Both the position numbers and the translations under genes were made by a program. The notes under the pieces are model-generated. The model was not told the DNA's origin, ran no database searches, and worked only from the letters and a program-made list of their open reading frames with translations. Of a stretch of 64,000 bases of DNA, positions 28,029 through 38,043 are shown one piece after another. Location: the NCBI GenBank assembly GCA_963792855.1, contig CAWBXZ010000001.1, forward strand, positions 260,472-324,471, written 5' to 3'. This stretch comes from an uncultured beta proteobacterium (GTDB taxonomy: Bacteria > Pseudomonadota > Gammaproteobacteria > Burkholderiales > Eutrophovitaceae). Position 1 is the stretch's first letter. The number at the start of each line of letters is the position of its first letter.

Positions 28029-28544
28029 ATGGCAGACGCAAGCAGCATTCCAGAGGGCAAGCAAACAGTCCCTGGGCTTTATGTGACGGCGAAAGAGGCC
28101 TACGAGAAGTGGAAGGCCGATCCCGGGAAAGTCATGATCCTTGACGTTCGCACGCCCGAGGAGTACCTGTTTGTCGGTCACCCGACCATGGCGTGGAAGA
28201 TTCCAGTTGCCGCCCAGACCTACGAGTGGGACGCCGGCAAAGGGCAATTCCCGATGAAGCCACTGCCCGATTTCGTATCCCGGGTGCAGGAAGCCGCCAG
28301 GCCCGACGACACGATCCTGGTTATGTGCCGGTCCGGTGGCCGCAGTGCGCTGGCGGTCAATGCGCTAGCCAAAGCCGGATTTGCGAATGTCTACAACGTC
28401 ATCGATGGCATGGAAGGCGACAAGGTGGACGACCCTGACAGCGTGTACCACGGCATGCGAATGAAGAACGGCTGGAAGAATTCGGGGTGTCCATGGACGG
28501 ACAGGCTGACGCCCGAGCAGATGCTCCTTCCCAAAGATCGGTAG
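28029..28544 (+). CDS. single-domain rhodanese-like sulfurtransferase
   Basis: ILDVRTPEEY..GH and the active-site loop MCRSGGRS. Confidence 0.85.
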   Translation: MADASSIPEGKQTVPGLYVTAKEAYEKWKADPGKVMILDVRTPEEYLFVGHPTMAWKIPVAAQTYEWDAGKGQFPMKPLPDFVSRVQEAARPDDTILVMCRSGGRSALAVNALAKAGFANVYNVIDGMEGDKVDDPDSVYHGMRMKNGWKNSGCPWTDRLTPEQMLLPKDR

Positions 28545-28564
28545 CCAGGTGGAAGCGACACGAC

Positions 28565-28891
28565 ATGCTCAAGAAACTGGTCCGCAGTTTTTTGGAGGCC
28601 TGGAAGTTGCCCCGGTGGCGCTGGGCCCTGTTGGTTGCAGTGTTGTCCGACGCCGTTGGGTTCGGTGTGATGCTATTGCCGCCGGTGCAGTGGCTGTTGG
28701 ACGGCGTCACCGCCGTGGTGCTGTTCATGGTGCTGGGTTTCCGCTGGTCGCTGTTGTCGGCGTTGGCCATCGAAGTCGTGCCTGGTCTGCAGTTGTTCCC
28801 GGCCTGGACCCTGGTTGTGATAGCCCTTGCGACGACGGAAACACGGGCATCTCCTCACGATACGAAAGCAGTGACCGGGAGGGATAGCTAA
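28565..28891 (+). CDS. small integral membrane protein, unknown function
   Basis: ATG 28565; 108 aa with three predicted TM segments (WALLVAVLSDAVGFGVMLL, VTAVVLFMVLGF, FPAWTLVVIALA). Confidence 0.5.
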   Translation: MLKKLVRSFLEAWKLPRWRWALLVAVLSDAVGFGVMLLPPVQWLLDGVTAVVLFMVLGFRWSLLSALAIEVVPGLQLFPAWTLVVIALATTETRASPHDTKAVTGRDS

Positions 28892-28956
28892 TTCAGATCG
28901 CCGTCGATCCCGCTGTATCGACCACAGTTCGCCATGGTGATCAGTAGCGTGACAAT

Positions 28957-28992
28957 AATGAATTGGCATGCTTGAATGAATTGGCATGCTTG
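28957..28992. repeat. perfect 18-bp tandem duplication AATGAATTGGCATGCTTG x2
   Basis: 28957-28974 and 28975-28992 are identical. Each unit contains the palindrome GCATGC. It lies upstream of the porin gene. Confidence 0.9.
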
Positions 28993-29268
28993 GCCTCGAT
29001 CAGTATGACTGTTGAGTTGCAGCATCAAACAATTAGTGCCGTGCTGTTCGCGTCACGAATAATAATAAGGGCGAAATTGCCCGCTCGATCCGGTGCAGAG
29101 AAGGTCATGACCGTACGGAAGCGATTGAATGACACGGCGGATGCTGCAGAACCAGGGCGATTGTCAACTGATCGTCGCAATTTGTGTTTATTCTCTGAAA
29201 GCATCGAAGCGGCACCCCCGAAGCAGGTTGTGGTGACTGCCAGAGAAAACGCCGACGATGCGTATCGG

Positions 29269-30552
29269 GTGCGCGCCATTTGCTACAAGGGATCGAGGCA
29301 GATACAGGCGTCGTTGATACTCATCCCCGCTCTGCTGCTATCGGCTTTCGCGGCAACGTCTGCGTTCGCGCAAACTTCCGAACAAGCTTCTGCTCCCCCG
29401 GACTGGATGACGCGTCCTACCCTCACCGGAGACTGGGGAGGCGCGCGCTCATCGCTCGCCGACAAGGGCGTGACTTTCGATCTCCGGCACACCTCTTTCT
29501 ATCAAGGACTCGTGGAAGGGACCGGGGACAACGGTTTCAAGTACGGGGGCAAGTTCGATGCCTTCATCAACCTCGACAGCGCCAAGATGGGCCTGTGGGA
29601 AGGCGGCGGATTTCGCTCACATTTCGAGTACAGCCACGGTGACGCACCGGCCAATCTCGGCGGCGCCATCTTTGCGGTCAATACCGCGCTGTATTGGCCG
29701 GTCGACACGCCGGAAGAGGTGGTGGCGACGTCGCTGTACTTCACCCAGAAAGTGGGTGAACGAAGCAGCATTGCGCTCGGCAAGTTCAATCCTGTTGACC
29801 TGCTCGCCGCCGACCCTTTCTACGGCGGGTGGGGCATTGACCGTTTCATGAACCTTATCCTCGCCGCGCCGCCAAGCGGTTTGATTCCGGTGGTGTTCAT
29901 GGGCGCGATCGGCTCCATCAAGACCGAGCCCGTTAACTGGACCATCATGGTCTTCGATCCCAATGACCGCACCAACGACTATTTGCCGGGCGATTTGTTC
30001 GAAGACGGCGTAAATATCTCCGTGAGCGGCGCGCACGTCACGACGCTCGCCGGGCGCAAGACCACCTATGTGGTCACGGGCCTCTACAGCACGGCAGAGG
30101 GGGTTGACTACTCGACATTGCCTCCCGGCTTTACGACGACAACACTGGATGACTCCTACAACGTCTCCTTTGAGTTCAAACATAACCTGCAGGAGAGTCC
30201 GGCGCAGCCGAATGCCAACTGGGGTTTCTACTTCAAGCTCGCCACCGCCGACGGCAACCCCAACTATATTCAGTCGTCGGTCATTGCCGGCATCGGTGGA
30301 AGGGCATTGTTCTTCGGACGGCCGCAAGACAATTTCGGTGTCGGCGCGTACCGCTACAACCTCAGTGATGTGCTTCAGAATTCACTGTCGCCCAATACCA
30401 GGTTCAAGGACGAATCCGCCTTTGAAGCCTATTACAACTACGCAGTGGCGCCATGGCTGTATCTCGGGCCGGACATCCAGTACATCAAACCGGCCTTTGG
30501 CAGTTATGAGAACGCCCTGGTCGCAACACTCAGGACTCAGATCCGTTTCTAG
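29269..30552 (+). CDS. OprB-family carbohydrate-selective porin
   Basis: Signal peptide ..QASLILIPALLLSAFAATSAFAQ, then LTGDWGGARSSLADKGVTFDL..TSFYQG, typical of OprB, and a C-terminal ..LRTQIRF. Start uncertain: GTG 29269 is proposed, because the track's upstream ATGs would add more than 50 aa before the signal peptide. Confidence 0.75.
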   Translation: MRAICYKGSRQIQASLILIPALLLSAFAATSAFAQTSEQASAPPDWMTRPTLTGDWGGARSSLADKGVTFDLRHTSFYQGLVEGTGDNGFKYGGKFDAFINLDSAKMGLWEGGGFRSHFEYSHGDAPANLGGAIFAVNTALYWPVDTPEEVVATSLYFTQKVGERSSIALGKFNPVDLLAADPFYGGWGIDRFMNLILAAPPSGLIPVVFMGAIGSIKTEPVNWTIMVFDPNDRTNDYLPGDLFEDGVNISVSGAHVTTLAGRKTTYVVTGLYSTAEGVDYSTLPPGFTTTTLDDSYNVSFEFKHNLQESPAQPNANWGFYFKLATADGNPNYIQSSVIAGIGGRALFFGRPQDNFGVGAYRYNLSDVLQNSLSPNTRFKDESAFEAYYNYAVAPWLYLGPDIQYIKPAFGSYENALVATLRTQIRF

Positions 30553-30670
30553 ACCATGATCATGATCCAAGCGATTCCCGATGGAAATGCCAAGGAGGTT
30601 CCGAATGTTTCAGATTCGACGAATTTCAAGTGAGCAGGGACAACACCGGTGCCAATGGCACAAACGCCTC

Positions 30671-31375
30671 ATGGCGGTGTTCACCATTGCTGCCGGGTGC
30701 CTGCTCAATGCAGGCATCGTAATGGCTGCGGAAACTGCCGTCAGCCAGGAAGAGATGAGGCGGTTTCCCGCAGCGTATATCTTCACGTTTCTGGTCCTGA
30801 TGCTCGGGCCGTTCAAGATCATCGGCCCGTTCACAAGAATGACGAAAGGCGCGGATGCAGCGCTGATGCGCAAGATCGCTCTTCTGGCGATACTTTTTGC
30901 GAGTATTACGCTTCTGGTCGCGGCCTTCATCGGCGAACTGGTCCTGGCGAACTACGGTATTCCGTTGCCCATGCTGGCGCTTGCCGCGGGCATCATCCTG
31001 TTTCTCGTGGCGCTGCAGAGCACCCTCAATCAATTTGCGCCGCTCACACCCGGCAACGAAGCAGGCACCCTCCCGCCACCGGATCTTAAAATGGCGTTGA
31101 CGCCGCTGGCGTTCCCGACAATCGTCACGCCGTATGGAATTGCCGCGCTGGTGGTGTTTCTCGCACTCAGCCCCGATCTTCAGGGCCGACTTGCCATCGG
31201 TGTCATTGTGTTGGTCATCATGCTGTTAAACTTGGCTGTGATGTTTGCAGCACGGCACGTCGGCCCGGTGCTCGGCATCTCGCTGGCGATTCTCGGGGCG
31301 GTGATCGGAATCATTCAAGTCGCGTTGGGACTCCAGATCATCAATAACTCGCTCCGGGCGCTGGGCATATTGTGA
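30671..31375 (+). CDS. MarC-family (UPF0056/NAAT) integral membrane protein
   Basis: Six TM segments. FTFLVLMLGPFKIIGPF and an ALTPLAFPTIVTPYGIAAL-like motif. Start uncertain (30581, 30671 or later). Confidence 0.7.
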   Translation: MAVFTIAAGCLLNAGIVMAAETAVSQEEMRRFPAAYIFTFLVLMLGPFKIIGPFTRMTKGADAALMRKIALLAILFASITLLVAAFIGELVLANYGIPLPMLALAAGIILFLVALQSTLNQFAPLTPGNEAGTLPPPDLKMALTPLAFPTIVTPYGIAALVVFLALSPDLQGRLAIGVIVLVIMLLNLAVMFAARHVGPVLGISLAILGAVIGIIQVALGLQIINNSLRALGIL

Positions 31376-31418
31376 AGCCGCGGCTTCACTGTTACATGAT
31401 GTGAGGGAGAACAGACCG

Positions 31419-31838
31419 ATGGCCGATCATCCCGCTAGCAGTCCAACACAAGAACTTCCGCTTGGCACCAGACTGTCGATTCAGAACACGCGTCTTGCGA
31501 TCGAACGCACTCTGATGGCCTGGGTCAGGACAGGCACATCGATGATCACGTTCGGCTTCAGCGTCTACAAGTTTTTTCAGATGGAGGTTACGAAGACGGG
31601 GATTACGCCGCACGCGCCCCTCATACAGAAGACACTCCTCGGGCCGCGCGAGTTTGGACTCGTATTGATCGGCATCGGCTTGCTGTCGATCCTGCTCGGC
31701 GCGTTCGAGCAGCGGCGGGACCTGAGAGCGTTACGCCAGGTGTATCCTGACCTGCCACAATCCGGTACGCGTCTGATAGCGCTGGTAGTCGGCGTACTCG
31801 GGATACTCGCGCTGGTAGGGGTGATCTACCGCTTCTAG
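31419..31838 (+). CDS. DUF202 (YidH-like) membrane protein
   Basis: GAGGGAGA lies 8 nt before ATG 31419. NTRLAIERTLMAWVRTGTSMITFG is the DUF202 signature. Confidence 0.75.
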   Translation: MADHPASSPTQELPLGTRLSIQNTRLAIERTLMAWVRTGTSMITFGFSVYKFFQMEVTKTGITPHAPLIQKTLLGPREFGLVLIGIGLLSILLGAFEQRRDLRALRQVYPDLPQSGTRLIALVVGVLGILALVGVIYRF

Positions 31839-31904
31839 TGAAACGGATCGGCCCAACTGCAACTTTCCTCGCCTCTGTGCCCGGAAACCAGACTTCAAAC
31901 TTCC

Positions 31905-33107
31905 ATGCCTGATTCATCGTCGAAAATGCCACGCCGGGAGCCGCCGGGTTTCTCCCTGGTTGGCGGCGGGCCACTTCAACGGTTTCTGCGTTGGGTAAAC
32001 CTCAGCACAGACATATCGGGCGAATCGAAGCGGCGCATGATTGTTATCGCGCTGCTTGCCTGGTTGCCTCTGCTGGTGCTATCAGCGGTGGACGGCAACA
32101 TGCTGGGGGCGGGCATGGGCGTTCCGTTCTTGCTTGACGTCGAGGTTCACGTCCGCTTGCTGGTGGCGTTGCCGCTGTTGATCTTTGCGGAAGTCGAGGT
32201 GCACCGGCGTATCCCGCCACTGCTGCGACAGTTTCGGGAACGGGGGTTGATACCCGAGCGCGCAATTGCGCGTTTCGAAGCCGCGCTTGTGTCGGCAACA
32301 CGGTTACGAAACTCCACGCTTGCTGAGGTGCTGCTGATCGGTACAGTGTATGGATTCGGCATCCTGGTTGTTTGGCGGAATTACGTCGCGCTCGACACGG
32401 ACACCTGGTATACGACAGTTTCACCGGACGGAGTAAAACTGACGCTCGCCGGGTTCTGGTACGCCATTGTGAGCGTGCCGATCTTTCAGTTCCTGTTACT
32501 GCGATGGTACTTTCGATTGTTCATCTGGGCGCGTCTTCTCTGGCAGATATCGCGCATCAGGCTGCAACTGATTCCCGTGCACCCGGATCGCAGCGGCGGT
32601 CTGGGGTTTTTATCGACTGTGGGATATGCATTCGGCATGCTCGCTCTGGCACATGGCGCACTGGCGGCCGGGCATTTTGCGAGTTTGATTTTCTATGACG
32701 AGGCCACTTTGCCGGAATTCTCAGGTGCAATAGCCTTGATAGTCGTTGTCATGCTTTGTCTCGTGCTGGTGCCGCTTCTGGTCTTCTCGCCACAGCTCGC
32801 CGACCTCAGGCAGCAGGGATTGCTCGAGTACGGAGCGCTGGCGGACCGGTACGTGCGTGAATTCGACGCAAAGTGGTTGCGTGACACTGCGGTTTCCAGC
32901 GAGCCGCTCGTGGGCAGTGCTGATATTCAGTCGCTGGCGGATCTGGGCAACAGTTACGAAGTCTTGCGGTCGATGCGCATCGCGCCGATAACAAGCCAGG
33001 CGATCTTTCGCATTGCGATAGTGACACTCCTTCCCATCTTGCCTTTGTCGCTTACCATGATCTCATTCGATGATCTCTTGAAAGGGTTAGTGAGTTTGCT
33101 GTTCTAG
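31905..33107 (+). CDS. polytopic membrane protein, unknown function
   Basis: 400 aa with at least 6 hydrophobic segments and no motif I recognise. Confidence 0.5.
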   Translation: MPDSSSKMPRREPPGFSLVGGGPLQRFLRWVNLSTDISGESKRRMIVIALLAWLPLLVLSAVDGNMLGAGMGVPFLLDVEVHVRLLVALPLLIFAEVEVHRRIPPLLRQFRERGLIPERAIARFEAALVSATRLRNSTLAEVLLIGTVYGFGILVVWRNYVALDTDTWYTTVSPDGVKLTLAGFWYAIVSVPIFQFLLLRWYFRLFIWARLLWQISRIRLQLIPVHPDRSGGLGFLSTVGYAFGMLALAHGALAAGHFASLIFYDEATLPEFSGAIALIVVVMLCLVLVPLLVFSPQLADLRQQGLLEYGALADRYVREFDAKWLRDTAVSSEPLVGSADIQSLADLGNSYEVLRSMRIAPITSQAIFRIAIVTLLPILPLSLTMISFDDLLKGLVSLLF

Positions 33108-33420
33108 GGGGGGCTATTCGGCCCGCGGTGCTGATTGCTGCCAGGTGGCGTCGGCAATCCGCCGGTACCGGTCAAGACGAGTCTGTATCTACGTGGCCCG
33201 ATAGGTGATTTTTTGACGCGCGGCGTTTCCAAATCTGCCCCTGCGCCAAATAGTACGGTAGACGGAAAATACGAATATGATGCAGGTAATGGCCTTGTCA
33301 TAATGCAGGACATCGGCATTCGCTCTCGAACACTGCCAGCCCGCCTGCTTCAAGGGTTTGAGGAGTTGGAGCGGGCAGGTGAAAGCGTAATAGCGATTAA
33401 ACCAACACGGGGGGATTTGC

Positions 33421-33999
33421 ATGCTTTCGAAACTGATGTTGGACTACTGGTGGGTTCTGCTCCTGCGGGGCGTGGTGGCAATCCTGTTCGGAATCGCGGC
33501 CTTTGCGTGGCCGGGCCTGACGCTGGTCACGCTGATATCGCTTTTTGGTGCCTTTGCACTGGTAGACGGGATCTTCAACACGGTTCAGGCGTTCGGTGGA
33601 CGCAAGGAGCACGAGTACTGGTGGGTGGTGCTGCTCGAAGGGCTGCTCGGTATAGTCATTGGGATCATCGCGTTCCTGGCACCCGGAATCACCGCGACCG
33701 TTCTGATTCTTTACATTGGTTTCTGGGCCATGGCCACCGGGGTATTGCGTATTATTCTCGCGGTACGCCTGCGCAAGGAGATCGAAGGCGAGTGGTGGAT
33801 GGTGTTGGCCGGTCTTGCGGGTATCGTCTTTGGCGTGTTCATGGTGGCGCGTCCGGGCGTGGGTGCAATTGGCGCCCTGTGGGTGGTGGCAACCTGGGCG
33901 ATCGTGGCTGGAGTCTTTCTGGTCATCCTCTCCTTCAAAGTGAAAGGGCTCGGCGGGAGGCTGGACGACGTGAAGCGAAGGCTCGCAAATCAGGGATAG
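33421..33999 (+). CDS. HdeD/DUF308 family membrane protein
   Basis: WWVLLLRGVVAILFGIAAFAWPG.TL..L..LFGAFALVDGIF and a repeated 6-TM architecture. Confidence 0.8.
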   Translation: MLSKLMLDYWWVLLLRGVVAILFGIAAFAWPGLTLVTLISLFGAFALVDGIFNTVQAFGGRKEHEYWWVVLLEGLLGIVIGIIAFLAPGITATVLILYIGFWAMATGVLRIILAVRLRKEIEGEWWMVLAGLAGIVFGVFMVARPGVGAIGALWVVATWAIVAGVFLVILSFKVKGLGGRLDDVKRRLANQG

Positions 34000-34025
34000 G
34001 AAGAACGATCAACTCGTGCCGATGG

Positions 34026-35144
34026 TCACGGATTCTCGGTTCTTCTTTTCGCTGCTGGTGTCTTCGATGCAAGTCCGCCCTTATGTGAGAGGTGGCGATT
34101 CGAGTTCTGTTTCGTTCGCCAGAGTGCGGGCGTTATTCCGCTCCATCGCCGGAACGCGCGTGTGAATGCGCTGGCGTCGGCATAGTCGAGCGCTGCGGCG
34201 ATTTCGCGCACCGGCAATTCCGAGGTTTCGAGCATCTGCCGGGCAACTTCGTAGCGGGTCTCGTCCGCGAGTTTCTGGAAGCTGGTGCCGAAATCCATCA
34301 GGCGGCGATTGAGGGTACGACTGTGCATCGAGAAAAGCACCGCGACCTGATCGGCCTTGAGATGCCCGACCTGCACGGTAGTTCGCAGCACGTTACGCAC
34401 CTGTTCGGGGAAATCGCTCTTGTGCCTGGCCGTGAGTCCATCGATCTGCTTCTGCAGCAGACTGCGCAGCACGGGATCGGCCGCGGTAACGGCTTCTTCC
34501 AGCCAATGGGAGGAGAACGCCAGCGCGTTCTCCTCGGCGTCGAAACGCAACGACGTCCGGAAAAACTGGCGCAACGGTTCGGTATCCGCCGGCCTGCGAT
34601 GGGTCAGCAGAACCTCGACCGGCTTCCACTTGGCGCCGCACAGTTGGCGCATCACGTTGAAAGCGGTGGCCATTGCGCCATCGGCTATCTGGTCGGCCGC
34701 ATCGGCCTCTGGCGAGTAACCAGCGTAGCCGAAGAAAGCGATGTCGCGCTCCTCGCGCAGAGTCAGTACCGCGCTTCGGGTGTGCAGATGCATAAAGCGC
34801 ACGAGGTTACGCAGCGCGGTTCCCACGTCGGGCGAGTGTTGCGCGAGGTATCCGACCAGACCCAGCGACGACAGGCCGCCTTGCTGGCCGATGAGCAGCC
34901 CGAAATGGTTGCAACCGGTCCGCTCCACGCACAAGCGAATGAGACGGCTCCGCGCCGCGTACGACATGACGTTGTCGGGATCGTCGAACAACCGCGGGTT
35001 CAACCCTGCCTCGGCAAGCAACTTCGCTGGATCCAAACCGAAGCCCCTGAGTAAAGCCGGAATTGCGAACGTCCCGCCGACCCGGACGGTCTCGCTGCCG
35101 TTCGTGCTCGTTTCGCGCCTTTTCACGTCGATACCTCTTTCCAA
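34026..35144 (-). CDS. AraC-family transcriptional regulator, paralogue of 22065-23114
   Basis: DPDN..SYAARSRLI..CVERTGC.HFGLL.GQQG.LSS.GLVGYL.QHSPDV.TALRNLVR is shared with the other copy. The C-terminal HTH reads LDYADASAFTRAFRRWSGITPALWR. Non-ATG start (TTG 35144 or GTG 35126). Confidence 0.9.
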   Translation of the reverse strand: MERGIDVKRRETSTNGSETVRVGGTFAIPALLRGFGLDPAKLLAEAGLNPRLFDDPDNVMSYAARSRLIRLCVERTGCNHFGLLIGQQGGLSSLGLVGYLAQHSPDVGTALRNLVRFMHLHTRSAVLTLREERDIAFFGYAGYSPEADAADQIADGAMATAFNVMRQLCGAKWKPVEVLLTHRRPADTEPLRQFFRTSLRFDAEENALAFSSHWLEEAVTAADPVLRSLLQKQIDGLTARHKSDFPEQVRNVLRTTVQVGHLKADQVAVLFSMHSRTLNRRLMDFGTSFQKLADETRYEVARQMLETSELPVREIAAALDYADASAFTRAFRRWSGITPALWRTKQNSNRHLSHKGGLASKTPAAKRRTENP

Positions 35145-35184
35145 GCCCCAAGTTGATTTAGCGCAAACAAGATAATGGCATCGG

Positions 35185-35219
35185 TCCGAAAATGTCTAGC
35201 CTATGTCTGAATTTGTCCA
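35185..35219. promoter_or_regulatory. candidate AraC operator: two direct repeats with 21-bp phasing
   Basis: TCCGAAAATGTCTA (35185-35198) and TCTGAATTTGTCCA (35206-35219). The first repeat matches 23166-23179 at 13 of 14 positions. Confidence 0.45.
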
Positions 35220-35315
35220 GTTGAGTTCCAAGCGCAGATATATATTGAGCCACTGACCGACCGTCACTGCGGACGGTGAAGTTAAAACTGAGGATTTCCA
35301 CAAAAGGGCCCGGCA

Positions 35316-36419
35316 ATGGCGAGACGCCAGTTCGATCACGAAATTATGGTTTTGCAAGGTGGCGGCGCGCTAGGCGCTTATCACGCGGGGGTATATGAGG
35401 GCCTGGCGGAAGCCGGCCATACGCCAACCTGGGTAGTGGGCGTTTCCATTGGCGCCATCACGTCGGCGCTGATCGCCGGCAACCCGCCCGAGAAGAGAGT
35501 TGAGCGGCTGCGGGTCTTCTGGGAGCGTGTGTCGGGCTACGCGCCATTCACCTGGCCAACCTGGTTTGATGCGATGCGCCCGGCGCTCAATGCAATGAGC
35601 GCGGGGAGCGTGGCGGCATTCGGAAGCCCGGGGTTCTTCACGCCGCGTGTGCCCGCACCGTTCTTCGCGCCGGATGGCAGCGCTGGTGCAACGAGCTTTT
35701 ACGACACGACGCCGCTCAGGGACACCCTCGAGGAACTGGTCGACTTCGAGCTGCTCAACAACGGAGATATGCGCACCTCGCTCGGCGCGGTTAACGTGCG
35801 CACCGGTGAATCCGTTTATTTCGACAGCCGGAATATGCGCATCGGACCTGAGCACGTGATGGCCAGTGGCTCGCTGCCGCCAGGGTTCCCGGCGGTGGAA
35901 ATCGACGGCGAGTTCTACTGGGATGGCGGCATCGTATCCAACACGCCGCTCAACTACGTAGTTGACCAGAAGCCGCTGACCACCGCACTCATCCTGCAAG
36001 TGGACCTGTTCAAGGCAATCGGTGAGTTGCCTCGCAATCTCGACGAGGTGCTCGAGCGGCACAAGGACATCCAGTACTCCAGCAAGCAGCGCTTCAACAC
36101 CGAGCGCGTCAGGGAAATCGGCGAACTGCGCGTGGCGCTGAAGCATCTGCTCGCCAAACTGCCGGCCAACCTGAAGTCCGGCGCCGAAGCGAAGAAGCTC
36201 GCCACACTGTGCGACGACCGGCAGTGGACGATTGCGCGCCTGGTCAACGAGCGCCTGGAGCACGTCTCGCGTACCAAGGACTACGAGTTCTCGCGCGCCA
36301 CGATGGTGGAGCACTGGGCGGCCGGCCTTGATGATATTCGCCGCTCCGTCGCCGCGCGCGACTGGATCGAGCCGACGCTTGCAGGCGAGGGCGTCGAGTT
36401 CTACGAACTGCCCGCGTGA
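35316..36419 (+). CDS. patatin-like phospholipase family protein
   Basis: [14 protein letters not shown] is the oxyanion G-G-G-x-x-G motif and GVSIGA is the GxSxG nucleophile. The long C-terminal extension is typical of the patatin+DUF3734 architecture. Confidence 0.85.
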   Translation: MARRQFDHEIMVLQGGGALGAYHAGVYEGLAEAGHTPTWVVGVSIGAITSALIAGNPPEKRVERLRVFWERVSGYAPFTWPTWFDAMRPALNAMSAGSVAAFGSPGFFTPRVPAPFFAPDGSAGATSFYDTTPLRDTLEELVDFELLNNGDMRTSLGAVNVRTGESVYFDSRNMRIGPEHVMASGSLPPGFPAVEIDGEFYWDGGIVSNTPLNYVVDQKPLTTALILQVDLFKAIGELPRNLDEVLERHKDIQYSSKQRFNTERVREIGELRVALKHLLAKLPANLKSGAEAKKLATLCDDRQWTIARLVNERLEHVSRTKDYEFSRATMVEHWAAGLDDIRRSVAARDWIEPTLAGEGVEFYELPA

Positions 36420-36450
36420 CCAACTCAGTTTTAACTCGAGAGAAGAAAAC

Positions 36451-37206
36451 ATGACCGAAGACGAAGTCCGGGAACGGGCTTTTGCGATGCCGCTCACCAG
36501 CCCGGCGTACCCGCCCGGGCCGTATCGCTTCTACAACCGCGAGTTCTTCATCATCAACTACCGTACCGATCCGGATGCATTGAGGGCGGTGATCCCCGCG
36601 CCGCTGGAGTTTACCGAACCGGTCGTCAAGTACGAATTCATCCGCATGCCCGACTCGACCGGATTCGGCGACTACACCGAAAGCGGGCAGGTTATCCCGG
36701 TCAGTTTCCGCGGCGAACGCGGCAACTATGTGCACTCGATGTACCTGGACTGCGATCCGCCGATTGCCGGTGGGCGCGAACTATGGGGTTTTCCGAAGAA
36801 GCTGGCTTCGCCGGTCCTCAAAGTCGAGAAAGACACGCTCGGCGGCGTGCTGCGGTTCGGCCCGGTGCCGGTCGCGGTGGCCACGATGGGCTACAAGCAT
36901 CGGGCGCTGGACAACGAAAAGATCCGTGAGTCTCTGGAGGCGCCGGGCTATCTGCTGAAAATTATCCCGCACGTCGATGGCACGCCGCGTATCTGCGAAA
37001 TCGTGCGTTATGTCTGCGGCGACGTAGTTGTCCACGGTGCCTGGAGCGGACCGGCGGCCCTTGAATTGTTCCATCACGCGCTCGCCCCGGTCGCTGCCTT
37101 GCCGGTGCTGGAAGTGCTTTCCGCATCGCACATCGTGTCGGACCTGACGCTCAATCTGGGCACCGTCGTCCATGATTACCTCGCACCTGAAAGGAAGAAG
37201 CAATGA
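36451..37206 (+). CDS. adc: acetoacetate decarboxylase
   Basis: [29 protein letters not shown] (the Lys-Lys pair of the Schiff-base site), ATMGYKH.ALD and [16 protein letters not shown] closely parallel the remembered clostridial Adc. Confidence 0.9.
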   Translation: MTEDEVRERAFAMPLTSPAYPPGPYRFYNREFFIINYRTDPDALRAVIPAPLEFTEPVVKYEFIRMPDSTGFGDYTESGQVIPVSFRGERGNYVHSMYLDCDPPIAGGRELWGFPKKLASPVLKVEKDTLGGVLRFGPVPVAVATMGYKHRALDNEKIRESLEAPGYLLKIIPHVDGTPRICEIVRYVCGDVVVHGAWSGPAALELFHHALAPVAALPVLEVLSASHIVSDLTLNLGTVVHDYLAPERKKQ

Positions 37207-37985
37207 AGCTCGAGGGCAAGACTGCCATCATCACCGGCGCCGCCAGCGGCATTGGCAAAAGCATTGCGTTGTACTTCGCCCGCGAGGGCGCCAACGTCGC
37301 CATCGCCGACCTCAAGCTTGATGCTGCAGAAGCGGCAGCGAAGGAAATCCGCGCTGCCAAAGGCGTCGCGATGGGCGTGGCGATGGACGTGAGCGACGAG
37401 AAGGCCGTCAACGACGGGGTCGCGGCAGTCGTCAACGAATTCGGCGGTGTCGACATCCTGGTCAGCAATGCCGGCATCCAGATCGTGCATCCGATCGAAG
37501 CGTTTCCGTTCGCCGACTGGAAGAAGATGCTCGCCATCCACCTCGACGGCGCCTTTCTGACGACCAAGGCCTGTCTGCCGCACATGTACAAGTCGGGCCG
37601 TGGCGGCAGCATCATTTACATGGGTTCGGTGCACTCGAAGGAGGCTTCGCTGCTGAAGTCCGCCTATGTCACGGCAAAGCACGGGCTGATCGGGCTCGCC
37701 AAGGTGGTGGCCAAGGAGGGAGCCGAGCACGGCGTGCGCGCCAATGTGATCTGCCCCGGTTTCGTGCGCACGCCGCTCGTCGACAAGCAGATCCCCGAGC
37801 AGGCAAAGGAACTCGGCATTTCCGAACAGGAAGTTATCAAGAATGTCATGCTCAAGGAGACGGTAGACGGTGAATTCACCACGGTCGAGGACGTCGCCGA
37901 GGCGACGCTGTTCTGCGCTGCGTTCCCGTCCAATGCCATGACCGGCCAGTCCTTTGTTGTCAGCCACGGCTGGTTCATGCAGTAG
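37203..37985 (+). CDS. bdhA: 3-hydroxybutyrate dehydrogenase (SDR)
   Basis: ATGA overlap with adc. [28 protein letters not shown]...W, S.HS...S..KSAYV.AKHG and ICPG.V.TPLV are the classic BdhA pattern. Confidence 0.9.
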   Translation: MKLEGKTAIITGAASGIGKSIALYFAREGANVAIADLKLDAAEAAAKEIRAAKGVAMGVAMDVSDEKAVNDGVAAVVNEFGGVDILVSNAGIQIVHPIEAFPFADWKKMLAIHLDGAFLTTKACLPHMYKSGRGGSIIYMGSVHSKEASLLKSAYVTAKHGLIGLAKVVAKEGAEHGVRANVICPGFVRTPLVDKQIPEQAKELGISEQEVIKNVMLKETVDGEFTTVEDVAEATLFCAAFPSNAMTGQSFVVSHGWFMQ

Positions 37986-38043
37986 CAGGACGCGGGCGAT
38001 AGTATCCGGGGTTTATTCGAAAAATTTGTCTGGAGAAAGAAAT

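Noticed and set aside
28963-29268. N-terminal 100-aa extension of the porin ORF given in the track
   Set aside because: It would place about 100 non-hydrophobic residues before an obvious signal peptide, and it contains the 18-bp tandem repeat. An internal GTG start is more plausible, though unproven.
33135-34088. 317-aa plus-strand ORF overlapping the HdeD-family gene and the 3' end of the AraC gene
   Set aside because: Gly/Arg-rich low-complexity translation in the wrong frame of a gene with a clear DUF308 signature. No independent support.
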